From: an uncultured delta proteobacterium
GTDB taxonomy: Bacteria; Desulfobacterota; Binatia; UBA9968
NCBI GenBank assembly: GCA_963840855.1
Contig: CAWJBB010000041.1
Coordinates: 224,001-288,000, forward strand
Direction of reading: 5' to 3'
Length of the DNA: 64,000 nucleotides
In this document: one piece after another, positions 9,107-18,993 of the stretch
Numbering within the stretch: position 1 is the first letter of the stretch
Layout: the number at the start of each line of letters is the position of its first letter
Notes under the pieces: model-generated
What the model saw: only the letters and a program-made list of their open reading frames with translations
The model's database searches: none
What the model was told of the DNA's origin: nothing
Position numbers and translations under genes: made by a program

Positions 9107-10394
9107 ATGAAGGCAACAACGGTAACATCGCTGGGAAATATATCACTCACGTTCTCGATTGGGGGATTGATCGCCACCGAATTGGCATTACGTCACGGAT
9201 GGGTCGCGGCTCCCGGCTGGAAGGTTCTTCTCCAAGCCTTCGAGGCGGCTACCGTCGGTGGGCTGGCGGACTGGTTCGCGGTGAGCGCGCTGTTTCGTGA
9301 GGTTCCCGTGCCGCTGATACGACGGCATACGAATATCATCATCAAGAATCGCCAACGCATCGTCGATGGGATTGCAGACATGGTGCAGAACCGATGGCTC
9401 GCCCCCAAGATCATTCGCGAGTACTTAGTGAATTTCTCGGCATCCCAATATGTTCTGGACTTCCTAGCAAACAAGGATCATTTGGAAACCGTTCTTGCAA
9501 TGGTCCGGGACATCATCCAGCATTTTGCGCGCGGAATCGACGCTCCTGAAGTCGCGGGGTTTCTTGAGCGCACGCTCAAAGACCAACTGCGGGTTCTTAA
9601 CGTCGCCGAGCCCCTCGGACGCTGGTTGGGACAGCGTATACGCAGCGGCGATCATCACGGTGCGTGGGATACGCTTCTTCCGATTATGGAAAATGCGGTT
9701 CGGGAGCCTGAGGTGAAAGCGTTCGTCCAACGGACGATTGCGCGCGCGTTCGAAGCGTACAAAGACGGGCGGACTTCTGAAGCGGCTGGTCGTCGAGTTG
9801 GCGCGCGGGCTTAACGTCGTGAATGAGGAAGAGATGGTTGCATCCTTCTTATCCCAAATGGAAGTGGTGGTCCGCGAGGCGCAATCTGATCCCGCCCATC
9901 CACTCAGAGCTCGAATCGACGGCATTCTGATTGAATTCGCAGATAAACTAGCGGTCGGCGACGCCGATGCTGTGTCGGTGATTGAGAAGCTGCAAGCGGC
10001 TCTCATCAACGGAACGGACGCACGCGAAATACTCCAACGCACGGTGCGGCGGCTCAGTGATACCATCGAGAAGGAGTTTCAAAAACCGGGCTCCGATTTC
10101 AATAATCTCATGCGCCGGACTTTTCACGATCGTCTGGAAATTTTTCGCGCAGACATATCGGCGCAAGAAAAGGCCGATCGGTGGGTGACAGAGGTTGCCC
10201 TGGAATTGATGGAAAAACGGCACGAGATGATCGGTCAAATGGTTCGCGGTAGCCTTGAAAAACTGTCCGATCTCGATCTGGTGGGGCAGATTGAGGAGAA
10301 AGTCGGTCAGGACCTCCAGTACATTCGTCTCAACGGAGCCATCGTCGGCGGACTTGCCGGGGCGGTGCTTGCGATCATGAAACTGTTAGCGTAA
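9107..10394 (+). CDS. DUF445 family membrane-anchored protein (frameshift near 9770)
   Basis: EAATVGGLADWFAV..LFR at the N-terminus and DLQYIRLNGAIVGGLAG at the C-terminus, in two overlapping frames. Confidence 0.85.
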
Positions 10395-10648
10395 ATCAGT
10401 TTTTGTCGACGCGATCCTATGACATGGAGGAGCGAGGTTCTCGAGTAAGTATAAAGAGTGGGGTGAAGACCGCCTCGGCGCGGATATAGAAGCGGATTGG
10501 CAAATGATCGACGAAGTCATATCACGCCGGGATACTAATTTAGATACAGCAGTGAATGGTGTGAAAAGACAAAGAATTTGGATTCGAACGCCGATAAAGT
10601 AAATAAGGCCGATCTTTCGCACGGAAATCAAAATCATGGAGAATCGAT

Positions 10649-11741
10649 ATGAGAAGCAGAATCTTCCTCGTCGCGGTCATATGTTTCACCCTAGCGCTGA
10701 GTGGTTTGGGTGTTTCCTTGTTTTTGCCTATGCAGAGCCGAGAGCGGGTCGCTGATATTGCCTACGCGCAGAATCCATCTTTTTACCAAGGAAAGACCAT
10801 TCGCATCATCGTCGGGAGCGACAGCGGCGGCCTTTACGACCTCTGGGCTCGGCTCTTCGCCAAGCACATGCCGAAGCACATCCCGGGTAATCCGAATATG
10901 ATTGTTCAGAATATGCCTGGCGCCGGCGGTCTCGCGGCGACGAATTATCTTTACGGGCTGACTAAATCAGACGGACTGACTTTGGGGATGTTTCAGGCGC
11001 ATCGGTACATGCAGCAACTCACCGGAGCGGAAGAGGTCAAGTTTGATCTGCGTAAATTCAACTGGATCGGCACCATGGAAAAAACCGAGGTCATGTTTTA
11101 TGTCCGCGCCGATGTTCCTTACAAATCTTTCGACGACGTCCTAAAGTCGAGCGAGCCTCTCAAGTGTGGTGCCACAGGCTCCACCGACGGTACTTACTTG
11201 CTGGCTAAGATTTTTGAGGAGACCCTCGGAGCCAAATTCAATCTGGTCGTCGGCTATCAAAGCGGTAATGCAATCGATCTGGCAATGGAAAAGGGCGAGG
11301 TTGTTTGCCGCGGCATGATCGTCACAGGCCATTTCAGCCGAGAGCCCTTTCTCACATGGCACAAGAAGGGTTTTGATCGTCACTTGGCTCAGAGCGGTCA
11401 AAAAAGAGACCCCAGAATGGCCGAAGTTCCGTCGCTGGTAGAACTGATGGACAAATATAAGACCAGCTGATGTGAGCCGGCGCGTCGCTCAGGTGATACT
11501 GGCCGGCAACGAGTACGGCCGTCCCATGGTGGCTACTCCGGGGGTTCCTGCGGATCGAGTTAGAATACTGCGCGAGGCTTACTCAAGGGCCCTAAAGGAT
11601 CCGCAGCTTCTGGAAGAGGCGAAACAGTCCAAATTGGAAGTTGAACCGGCCTCCGGAGAAGAGTTGCAAGCTCTTACGGAAAGAGTGATGAATCAATCTC
11701 CAGAGGTCATCGAAAGGGTTAAAAGGCTCGTAGGCAATTAG
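10649..11741 (+). CDS. Tripartite tricarboxylate transporter (TctC/Bug) binding protein (frameshift near 11466)
   Basis: FYQGKTIRIIVG..GG.YD, NMPGAGG and DG.TLG motifs; ORF 11472-11741 supplies the C-terminus. Confidence 0.88.
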
Positions 11742-11792
11742 CGTTCGCGATGGGAAGTCGCCCTGGCTAAATCCCAGGTGTAGTGAATTTCG

Positions 11793-12557
11793 CTAGGCGA
11801 GCCGGTTTCCGCTGGCCAACAGTTTTCCCCATCCGGTTACCGGCGGAATAATTCCTGGAAAAACAAGATTGCGCCAGACCTCGGCGCTTGTTCTGGTAAA
11901 GGTAGGTTTGCCAAACTCCTCTTCGATTACGGGTATGACGTGGAGGCTCATTGTCGCTCCGCCCGGAACGAAGATTGCTTCCGCATCTGAGGCCACGCGA
12001 GCAGCCTCGCGGCCAACCTCCAGCGCTAGCTTTAAGCCTTCCTCAAACGACATGGCAAAAGCCTCCTTTCCCCACTGGCCGCGCTTTGTAATTCCAACTA
12101 CCTTGATGCCGCCATCCTCCAGATATCGTACGACGGCCTGATTGAATTCATCTGTCCATCGTCCTCCCACCGCGAGCTTTTTCAATCCCAGGTGTTGCAT
12201 CGCTGCAATAGCGGCTTCGAGAGGCGCATCACCACGTATGCCGGTCTTGTCTTCGGCCTCTTTTAATAACCTTACCACGCGGGGCCGTCCCAACTGCGCG
12301 GATACCGGAGTCCCACCGAGAACAAATACATCGACCTTTTCTTGCGCCAGCGCATCGACGCAATTCCAGTAGTTTGGAATGGCGGCCTCCACAGCGTCCC
12401 GGGTAAAATCTCTTATCCCCAGAACCGCAGTGACCAACATAATATTGGTAGGGACAATCTGGTAAAACTCGTAACCAGGTCCGCGTCTCGCTCTGCGCGC
12501 CTCGACGGCGGCCGGATCAATGTGACCAAAGCGAAATTTTGGTATGAGCCTTTCCAT
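11793..12557 (-). CDS. Maleate isomerase/arylmalonate decarboxylase-like protein lacking catalytic Cys
   Basis: Asp/Glu racemase fold cues (AMQHLGLKKLAV, VVRYLEDGGIKV, IEEEFGKP). The expected Cys sites read LGGTP and VPGGA. Confidence 0.75.
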   Translation of the reverse strand: MERLIPKFRFGHIDPAAVEARRARRGPGYEFYQIVPTNIMLVTAVLGIRDFTRDAVEAAIPNYWNCVDALAQEKVDVFVLGGTPVSAQLGRPRVVRLLKEAEDKTGIRGDAPLEAAIAAMQHLGLKKLAVGGRWTDEFNQAVVRYLEDGGIKVVGITKRGQWGKEAFAMSFEEGLKLALEVGREAARVASDAEAIFVPGGATMSLHVIPVIEEEFGKPTFTRTSAEVWRNLVFPGIIPPVTGWGKLLASGNRLA

Positions 12558-12812
12558 ACTGCCCCTCCCGTTCGAGAACGTCATAGTGGTTTGCGAGCCG
12601 ATCATTTCTTCGCGTAATACAGGGAGACCTGGGTGTCAAGCTACCTTTGCGTCGGACGACGGTAAGGGGCGTGCATAAGACGTGAGGGGAAAAGGTTCCA
12701 GACGTTCCAAGCCTCGGGGTAGCGGAAAGAAGCCGGAAGGAGTATTCCCATATCTTGGGAATTGTCGAAACGTCGAAATGAATGCTAGATCAACAAGAGG
12801 AAGGAAGATGCT

Positions 12813-13583
12813 ATGAAGATCATGAGCCTAGGCAAGATGCCGAGGAAAGTGACCGCCGAGGAGATCGCGGAACTGGAAAAGCCGTGGAATCGTTATGCCT
12901 CGCCAGGCACGCGTGTGGAGGTCGCTTTTCCTGACGATTTCGAAGGGTCCCGGGTCTGGGGAGTCCTCGCCCAGCAAAAAATGCAGAACGGCCTCGATCA
13001 TATTATGGAGGCGCCGTCCCTCATCCGGAAGATCGTGTGGGCGGCGGAGAACGGCTACGACGCGGTCGTCCAGAGTAACACGTTCGATCCGGGAATCGAT
13101 GGCGCGCGGCTCTCTGTTTCCATTCCCGTCATCGGCCCTTTCCGGACCACGATTCACATAGTCGCGAACCTGGTTGACCGGATCGGCATCGTCGTTCCGC
13201 TCCCGTCCCACGTTCCCTATACATGGCGCCTGCTGCGCACCATGGGCATGGACGGGTTCGTCACCGGCATCCGGAGCCTCGATATCTACGGCGCGGACGT
13301 CAAAGAACGGAAGGAGGAAATCACCCGCAAAACGGCCGAGCTGATTCGCAGTCTCGTGAGCGAAACCGGTGCCCACGGCGTGATCCCGCTAGGCGGCGCG
13401 CTCATTCCCAGCGTGGTTGATCCCGCGGAGCTTCAAGAAATAACCGGCGTGCCAGTCTATAACACCAAGGCGATCTCGGTCCGGGTTGCCGAGATGTGCG
13501 TAAACCTGGGGCTGACCCATAGCCCGATAACTTATCCACGTGGCAAGCTCAAGTATCAGGATTTCGCCGCCAAGCTGGCATGA
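12813..13583 (+). CDS. Hydantoin racemase-like protein lacking catalytic Cys
   Basis: AAENGYDAVV..FDPGIDGAR..VSIPVIG and LQEITGVPV. The expected Cys sites read SNTFDPG and PLGGAL. Confidence 0.78.
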   Translation: MKIMSLGKMPRKVTAEEIAELEKPWNRYASPGTRVEVAFPDDFEGSRVWGVLAQQKMQNGLDHIMEAPSLIRKIVWAAENGYDAVVQSNTFDPGIDGARLSVSIPVIGPFRTTIHIVANLVDRIGIVVPLPSHVPYTWRLLRTMGMDGFVTGIRSLDIYGADVKERKEEITRKTAELIRSLVSETGAHGVIPLGGALIPSVVDPAELQEITGVPVYNTKAISVRVAEMCVNLGLTHSPITYPRGKLKYQDFAAKLA

Positions 13584-13639
13584 CTCCGCCTGCGGGGGCG
13601 GATTTTCGATCGAGGCACTTTCTGTTCGGGAAAGTTATT

Positions 13640-13970
13640 TCCCACCAATTCCGCATCCATTACGAGCCTTCCCTTCCATTGAGGCTGCAGGTCCGACATA
13701 GATTTCGGAGCCTCTTCGCGGCTCACCAACTGTTTGTTGAAAACGAAAACCATCGGCGTGGCAAAGGCGCTATTGACGTAACCGCGCTTATCGTAGAAAG
13801 CCTCCCGCAAAAACTTCGCTGCGGCGAGTAGTAGCGCATGATGGCCTGCTCCTTTTGGAGGCTATTCAGGAAGACTGCGAAGTTGCAGGACATCGTACAG
13901 GTGGGCTTTGGCTCTGTTCTCCGTGAGGACTCGATTGGCCAACGCGCCCGGACTTGCCAAGCGTTGATCT
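13640..13970 (-). pseudogene. Fragment of an extracellular solute-binding protein
   Basis: RYYSPQR / FNKQLVSREEAPKS..DL / QWKGRLVMD pieces in shifted frames; both ends missing. Confidence 0.55.
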
Positions 13971-13974
13971 TCAC

Positions 13975-14092
13975 GAGGCTCAGTTTGTTGAAGCCGTATC
14001 CCCCGGATGATATTGAAAGCTACGACGCGTCACTGCTCGTGAATAATCCCCGGCACGATTCGCCGGAATGCATCCGCCCGATTGGAGGTTAA
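13975..14092 (+). pseudogene. C-terminal remnant of SRAP/YedK-family protein
   Basis: LLKPYPPDDIESYDASLLVNNPRHDSPECIRP matches the typical SRAP tail. Confidence 0.6.
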
Positions 14093-14096
14093 CGAG

Positions 14097-15172
14097 ATGA
14101 TGGACGATACCAAGGGTACGGGAAATCTCGGCCGGATCTATTTTTTGGCGCCTTTATTTGCGCATTCCTGATTGCTCTTTTGATTCCTGATTACGCCATA
14201 CCCCAAGCCCCTTTCTACAAAGGGAAGACCATCACTTTCATCAACGGTGTCGAGCCGGGCGGAACAGGAGACCTCCGGGGTAAACCCATCGCAACGTTTC
14301 TTGCCAAACACATTCCTGGAAATCCAACTGTCGTTACGGAGTACATGCCGGGCGCCGGAGGCCGAAAGGCGGCCAATCACATGTACAGCGTTGCTCGCCC
14401 GGACGGCCTCGCCATCGCTCGTATTTCCAGCAGCATAGTGCCGAACGCCGTCCTGGGCGAGACCGGAGTCCGATACGATCTCGACAAGCTCATCTATCTT
14501 GGGTCGGCGGAGAGCGTTTTTCACTTCGTTCTTTTTACGCGCAAAGATGCTGGACTAAACAATCTGGAAAAGCTGCGCGCTACTCCGCAGGTGCGGATCG
14601 CTGCCGGGCCAGTGGGGCATAGCACGTATTACCTGCCCCGGGTATTCGCTTACCTCATCGATATGAAGGAACCGAGGATCGTTCCAGGATACGGTGGGGC
14701 GGAGTCGGATATCGCTTCGATGCGCGGCGAAGTGGACCTAAGAGTCATCAGCACGGGTAGTGTAAATCGCGAGTGGATCGAGAAAGGTCTTGTAGATTTT
14801 CACGTCGCGCTTGAGATTCCACGGGGCAGGAAGTTCCCGGGCTTTACTCGTCTACCCGAGCTCGAGAGCTTTGTCAAATCGGAAAAGGATAGAAAACTCC
14901 TGGCCATGGTGCGAGCGTTCCGGCAAACTGGCGCACCTTGGATTCTTCCGCCAAAAACGCCCAAAGAGCGGGTACAGATCCTGCAGGAAGCGATGCGGAA
15001 GACTTTTGCGGACCCAGACTTCCACAGGGAGTACAAGAAAGTCACCGGCGATGATGCGACGCCGCTTCTGCCGGAGGAGCTAGAGAAGGTGATAAGGGAA
15101 CTTCCTCGCGATCCTGAGGTCGTCGAGCTTTTCAAAAAATTTGTTGGCGGCGGACCTTTGCCTTCCCGATGA
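14097..15172 (+). CDS. TctC/Bug-family binding protein
   Basis: FYKGKTIT, PGGTGD, YMPGAGG, RGEVD motifs. The start is probably shifted by an indel in the T-run near 14145. Confidence 0.85.
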
Positions 15173-15276
15173 TCAGAACATAGCAGAAGGGGTCAACCGG
15201 CTAAAATTCATAGGCGCGGATTGGCGTTTTAAGCTCCATAGGACCACTTTACTGTCGCACTCGCGGAAGGAGAGTC

Positions 15277-15597
15277 ATGACTTTTCCAATCACATCAATT
15301 GCTAAACTGCTGATACAACTAGCCACTATTACCCCTACGGTTAATAATTCCATCGAGCAAATTCGGCGATTAATCGATACAATTCGAAAACCTGGAGCTG
15401 GTACTCAGAATCAGCTAGACGATCTAAAGAAGGCAATAGAATTACAGGCGGCAGTCAATAAGGAGATGAACGACAAGCTGAAACTCATCGAAACGGTTCT
15501 TCAAACCGTGCAAAAGTCCCTTAAGATCTTGGCCGTGACCGGAGCGAGCGTAGGATTAATCGCACTAGTAGCGTTGGTCGTTGCGGTCGTGAAATGA
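15277..15597 (+). CDS. Hypothetical coiled-coil protein with C-terminal TM helix
   Basis: AAGGAG RBS; heptad-like middle; hydrophobic tail. Confidence 0.65.
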   Translation: MTFPITSIAKLLIQLATITPTVNNSIEQIRRLIDTIRKPGAGTQNQLDDLKKAIELQAAVNKEMNDKLKLIETVLQTVQKSLKILAVTGASVGLIALVALVVAVVK

Positions 15598-15631
15598 AAG
15601 ACGTTGTGATCGGTTAATTCAGGGTACTCCG

Positions 15632-17053
15632 CTGACGCCTGGTAATGAGTACGATGCTGTTGTTCTTGGCGGCGGGCCTAACGGGCTTGCCGCCGCCATT
15701 GTCATGGCGCAAGCCGGCAAGTCGGTCGCTGTTTTCGAAGCGAACGACACGATCGGAGGCGGCGTTCGGTCAGGCCAGCTTACGTTGCCCGGTTTCGTGC
15801 ATGACCTCTGTTCCTCGGTTTATCCACTCGCAATAGGCTCGCGGTTTTTTCGTTCGCTGCCGCTCTCGCAATACGGTCTCGAGTGGATCGAGCCGCCGGC
15901 CGCTCTCGCGCATCCGTTCGACGACGGCTCGGCGCTGATCGTCGAGCGCTCGGTTGAAGCAACGGCGGCAAAATTGGCGTCCGACTCAGCCGCCTATCAA
16001 ACGCTATTTGGTCCGTTGTGCACGGACTGGGACAGTCTCTCGGTAGACCTTTTAGCTCCACCCCGGTGGCCGAACCGACCGATTCAATTCGCGCGCTTCG
16101 GACTTGCGGCGCTTCAGCCGGCGCGGCGATTTGCCGAGCGCCGCTTCAACGAAGCTCGGACGAAAGCGTTGTTCGCCGGCTTGGCCGCGCACTCCATGCT
16201 GCCGCTCGAGACATGGGGATCGGCGGCGTTCGGCTTGGTCTTGGGTGTCACCGCGCATGCACTCGGTTGGCCCATTGTTCGCGGCGGCGCGCAGCGCCTG
16301 GCTGATGCCCTATGCTGCTATCTTCGTTCACTAGGGGGTAAGATATTTCTCGACCATCCGGTGCAAACACTGGCAGAGCTGCCGTCATCGCGAATCGTTT
16401 TGTGTGATGTGACGCCGCGCCAGTTAGTGAAAATAGCCGGCCCGCGGCTGCCGTCGTGGTATCGCGACAAGCTGAAAAAATATCGTTACGGGATGAGCGC
16501 CTTTAAGTTGGATTGGGCGTTGTCGGCTGCGGTACCATGGAGCGCGAGAGAGTGTGGCCGGGCGGCCACCGTGCATCTCGGCGGGAGTCTCTCCGAGATC
16601 GCGACTTCCGAGCGCATGGCCTGGCGCGGATCTCACGCGAACAAACCCTTTGTGCTGCTCGTGCAGCCTTCGTTATTCGACCATTCACGAGCGCCCGCGG
16701 GAAAGCACACGCTTTGGGCCTATTGCCACGTGCCGCATGGATCCGACTTCGAAATGACCGGAAGAATCGAGGCGCAGATTGAACGCTTTGCCCCCGGTTT
16801 TCGCGCGACGATCCTTGCCCGCCATGTTTCTACCCCGGCCGAGTTGCAGCGGCGCAATGCCAATCTCGTCGGCGGCGACATCAACGGCGGCGCGCCCACT
16901 CTGCGCCAATTGTTTTTTCGGCCGACCCGACAAGTGTATTCGACGCCGTCGCCCGGACTGTATATTTGCTCGTCGTCAACGCCTCCGGGCGGCGGTGTCC
17001 ATGGTTTATGTGGTTACTATGCCGCATGTACGGCTTTGCGCCAAATGATGTAG
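15632..17053 (+). CDS. Phytoene-desaturase-like FAD-dependent oxidoreductase
   Basis: In-frame YDAVVLGGGPNGL dinucleotide-binding motif lies upstream of the ATG at 15704, so the start is uncertain (CTG 15632?). C-terminal SSTPPGGGVHG. Confidence 0.85.
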   Translation: MTPGNEYDAVVLGGGPNGLAAAIVMAQAGKSVAVFEANDTIGGGVRSGQLTLPGFVHDLCSSVYPLAIGSRFFRSLPLSQYGLEWIEPPAALAHPFDDGSALIVERSVEATAAKLASDSAAYQTLFGPLCTDWDSLSVDLLAPPRWPNRPIQFARFGLAALQPARRFAERRFNEARTKALFAGLAAHSMLPLETWGSAAFGLVLGVTAHALGWPIVRGGAQRLADALCCYLRSLGGKIFLDHPVQTLAELPSSRIVLCDVTPRQLVKIAGPRLPSWYRDKLKKYRYGMSAFKLDWALSAAVPWSARECGRAATVHLGGSLSEIATSERMAWRGSHANKPFVLLVQPSLFDHSRAPAGKHTLWAYCHVPHGSDFEMTGRIEAQIERFAPGFRATILARHVSTPAELQRRNANLVGGDINGGAPTLRQLFFRPTRQVYSTPSPGLYICSSSTPPGGGVHGLCGYYAACTALRQMM

Positions 17054-17273
17054 ACGAGCGTGCTCGTTGCCGCGGACGACGTTCTAAGCGCGGCGCCGCA
17101 AAAATAGATGGTTCCAGTTGTTCCAAACGTTCCAAGCCTGGCGGTAGTTCAAAGATCATTTAGGCATGAGGCGTGCCGTGTGTTTCAGAGATCTTCGTTT
17201 CCAGAAGGTCTGGTCCGCCAGGGGTTTTCGGGGAGCGAGGCACCGTCAACCTCCTTCATGATCGAAGTCCGGT

Positions 17274-18266
17274 CTAACTCAAGAGTAAGAACAGCTTGGT
17301 CGCAAGCCAGCCGATGGCGCCGCAGATCGGAAAAGTCAGGATCCAGGCGGCGACGATCTCGAGGGTTACGCCCCAGCGCACCGCGGATAAGCGCCGCGTT
17401 GCGCCCACGCCGATGATGGACGTGTTGATGGTGTGAGTCGTGCTCAAGGGAATGCCGAGGCGGGTGGCCAGCTCGATGGTCATGGCCGCGCTCGTCTCGG
17501 CGGCAAAGCCGTGCACGGGCTCCAGTTTGGTGAGGCGCAGCCCCATGGTCTTGACGATGCGCCAGCCGCCCACCGCGGTGCCAATGCCCATCGTGGCGGC
17601 GCACATTATGATGACCCAAATGGGCACGTTGAATTCCGGTATGATCCCACCCAAGAGGAGCGATAGCGTGAAAACGCCGATGAACTTCTGCCCATCGTTG
17701 GAGCCGTGGCTAAATGCCATGAATGCGGCGGAGACAATCTGTAATCGACCGAAAATCTTCCGCACCGTTCCGGGCCTGGTGTGGGCCAGGCTGCGGTAGA
17801 GCAAGCCCATCAGGAATAGGCCGCCAAAAAAACCCAAAAAGGTGGAGAACAACAGGCCGATGAGAACTTTGTTCCACCCGGTGGCAACCAGGCTCTCCGG
17901 TCCAGCCGTCGCAAGAGCCGCGCCGGTCAATCCGGCGATCAGGGCATGACTCTCGCTTGTCGGCATGCCGAAATACCACGCCAGAGTACTCCAGAAAATA
18001 ATCCCCACCATGGCTGCGCCCACCGTGGCCAGATTGATAATGTCGGGCCGAACTATGTCCTTGCCGATGGTGGCGGCCACAGCCGTGCCCGACATCGCGC
18101 CTAGCGCGTTTAGAATTGTCGCCATAATGACCGCCTGATAGGGCGACAGCACGCGCGTCGAGACCACCGTGGCGATGGCGTTGGGGGAGTCGGTCCAGCC
18201 GTTGACGAATTCAGCGGCCAGGATGAGTCCCAGGACAAAAATGAGCAGCCAGCTTGCGTCGAACAT
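17274..18266 (-). CDS. pit: PiT family inorganic phosphate transporter
   Basis: NGWTDSPNAIAT, HGSNDGQK and PLSTTH motifs. Confidence 0.95.
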   Translation of the reverse strand: MFDASWLLIFVLGLILAAEFVNGWTDSPNAIATVVSTRVLSPYQAVIMATILNALGAMSGTAVAATIGKDIVRPDIINLATVGAAMVGIIFWSTLAWYFGMPTSESHALIAGLTGAALATAGPESLVATGWNKVLIGLLFSTFLGFFGGLFLMGLLYRSLAHTRPGTVRKIFGRLQIVSAAFMAFSHGSNDGQKFIGVFTLSLLLGGIIPEFNVPIWVIIMCAATMGIGTAVGGWRIVKTMGLRLTKLEPVHGFAAETSAAMTIELATRLGIPLSTTHTINTSIIGVGATRRLSAVRWGVTLEIVAAWILTFPICGAIGWLATKLFLLLS

Positions 18267-18282
18267 TGGAGAAACAGAGCGA

Positions 18283-18897
18283 TCAGGAATTTTTCAGGCC
18301 GATGCTTTCGAGGATATTGGCGACATCTTCGCAACGATCGGTGGCGGATTCGAGGATCTCATATATGTCGAGCCACTTGATGACCTCCATCGGCGAGGTG
18401 CCATCGCCGAAAAGGTTGCCGATGGCTTTACGGTAGATGTCGTCCGCGGCATTCTCCAGGCGGTTGATCTCGATGCAATACTCGTCGATGTCGTCCAGGC
18501 GCGGCATATGCGACACGGCCTTGACCAGTTGTTCAGTAGCCGTAACGATGAGATCGGACAACTCCAGGGCTTCCGCAGTGGGCCGTTCGATTTTGAACAG
18601 GACCATGCGCGACGCACCCGCCTCGATGGCGTCCATCACGTTATCCAACGCCGTCGTCAGCGCGTGAATATCTTCCGCGTCGATGGGGGTTAAAAAGGTC
18701 TGGTTCAGGCTCCGGATCGTCCGATGGGTGAGGCGGTCGCCTTCATGTTCAAGGTCTTTGAGCTTTTTCCACGACTCTTGCGGATTGTCATAGCGCTCAA
18801 ACATTTCCTTTAGGGCTTTGGCGCCGGCGAGGGCGTTTTCCGCGGACTGTTTGAAAAGGTCAAAAAATTTTTCCCGATGGGGGGAGAAATTAAACAT
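18283..18897 (-). CDS. DUF47 / PhoU-like Pit accessory protein
   Basis: LEHEGD, FLTPIDAEDI and LENAAD; directly upstream of pit. Confidence 0.92.
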   Translation of the reverse strand: MFNFSPHREKFFDLFKQSAENALAGAKALKEMFERYDNPQESWKKLKDLEHEGDRLTHRTIRSLNQTFLTPIDAEDIHALTTALDNVMDAIEAGASRMVLFKIERPTAEALELSDLIVTATEQLVKAVSHMPRLDDIDEYCIEINRLENAADDIYRKAIGNLFGDGTSPMEVIKWLDIYEILESATDRCEDVANILESIGLKNS

Positions 18898-18960
18898 GGA
18901 ATCGAAGCCTCTATAAAAGGGGAGAGACTTTTACATAGCAGCTTGGAGAACTTGCCGCAA

Positions 18961-18993
18961 GCAATGTTAAGGAAATGTTACGGCAATGTTACG
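18961..18993 (-). promoter_or_regulatory. Pho-box-like array upstream of DUF47-pit
   Basis: Three 11-bp units GCAATGTTAAG/GAAATGTTACG/GCAATGTTACG; minus-strand core (G/T)TAACA. Confidence 0.8.

Noticed and set aside
11468-11470. Selenocysteine TGA readthrough in the TctC gene, tempting given senAB
   Set aside because: The continuation is in a different frame; a single extra base explains it.
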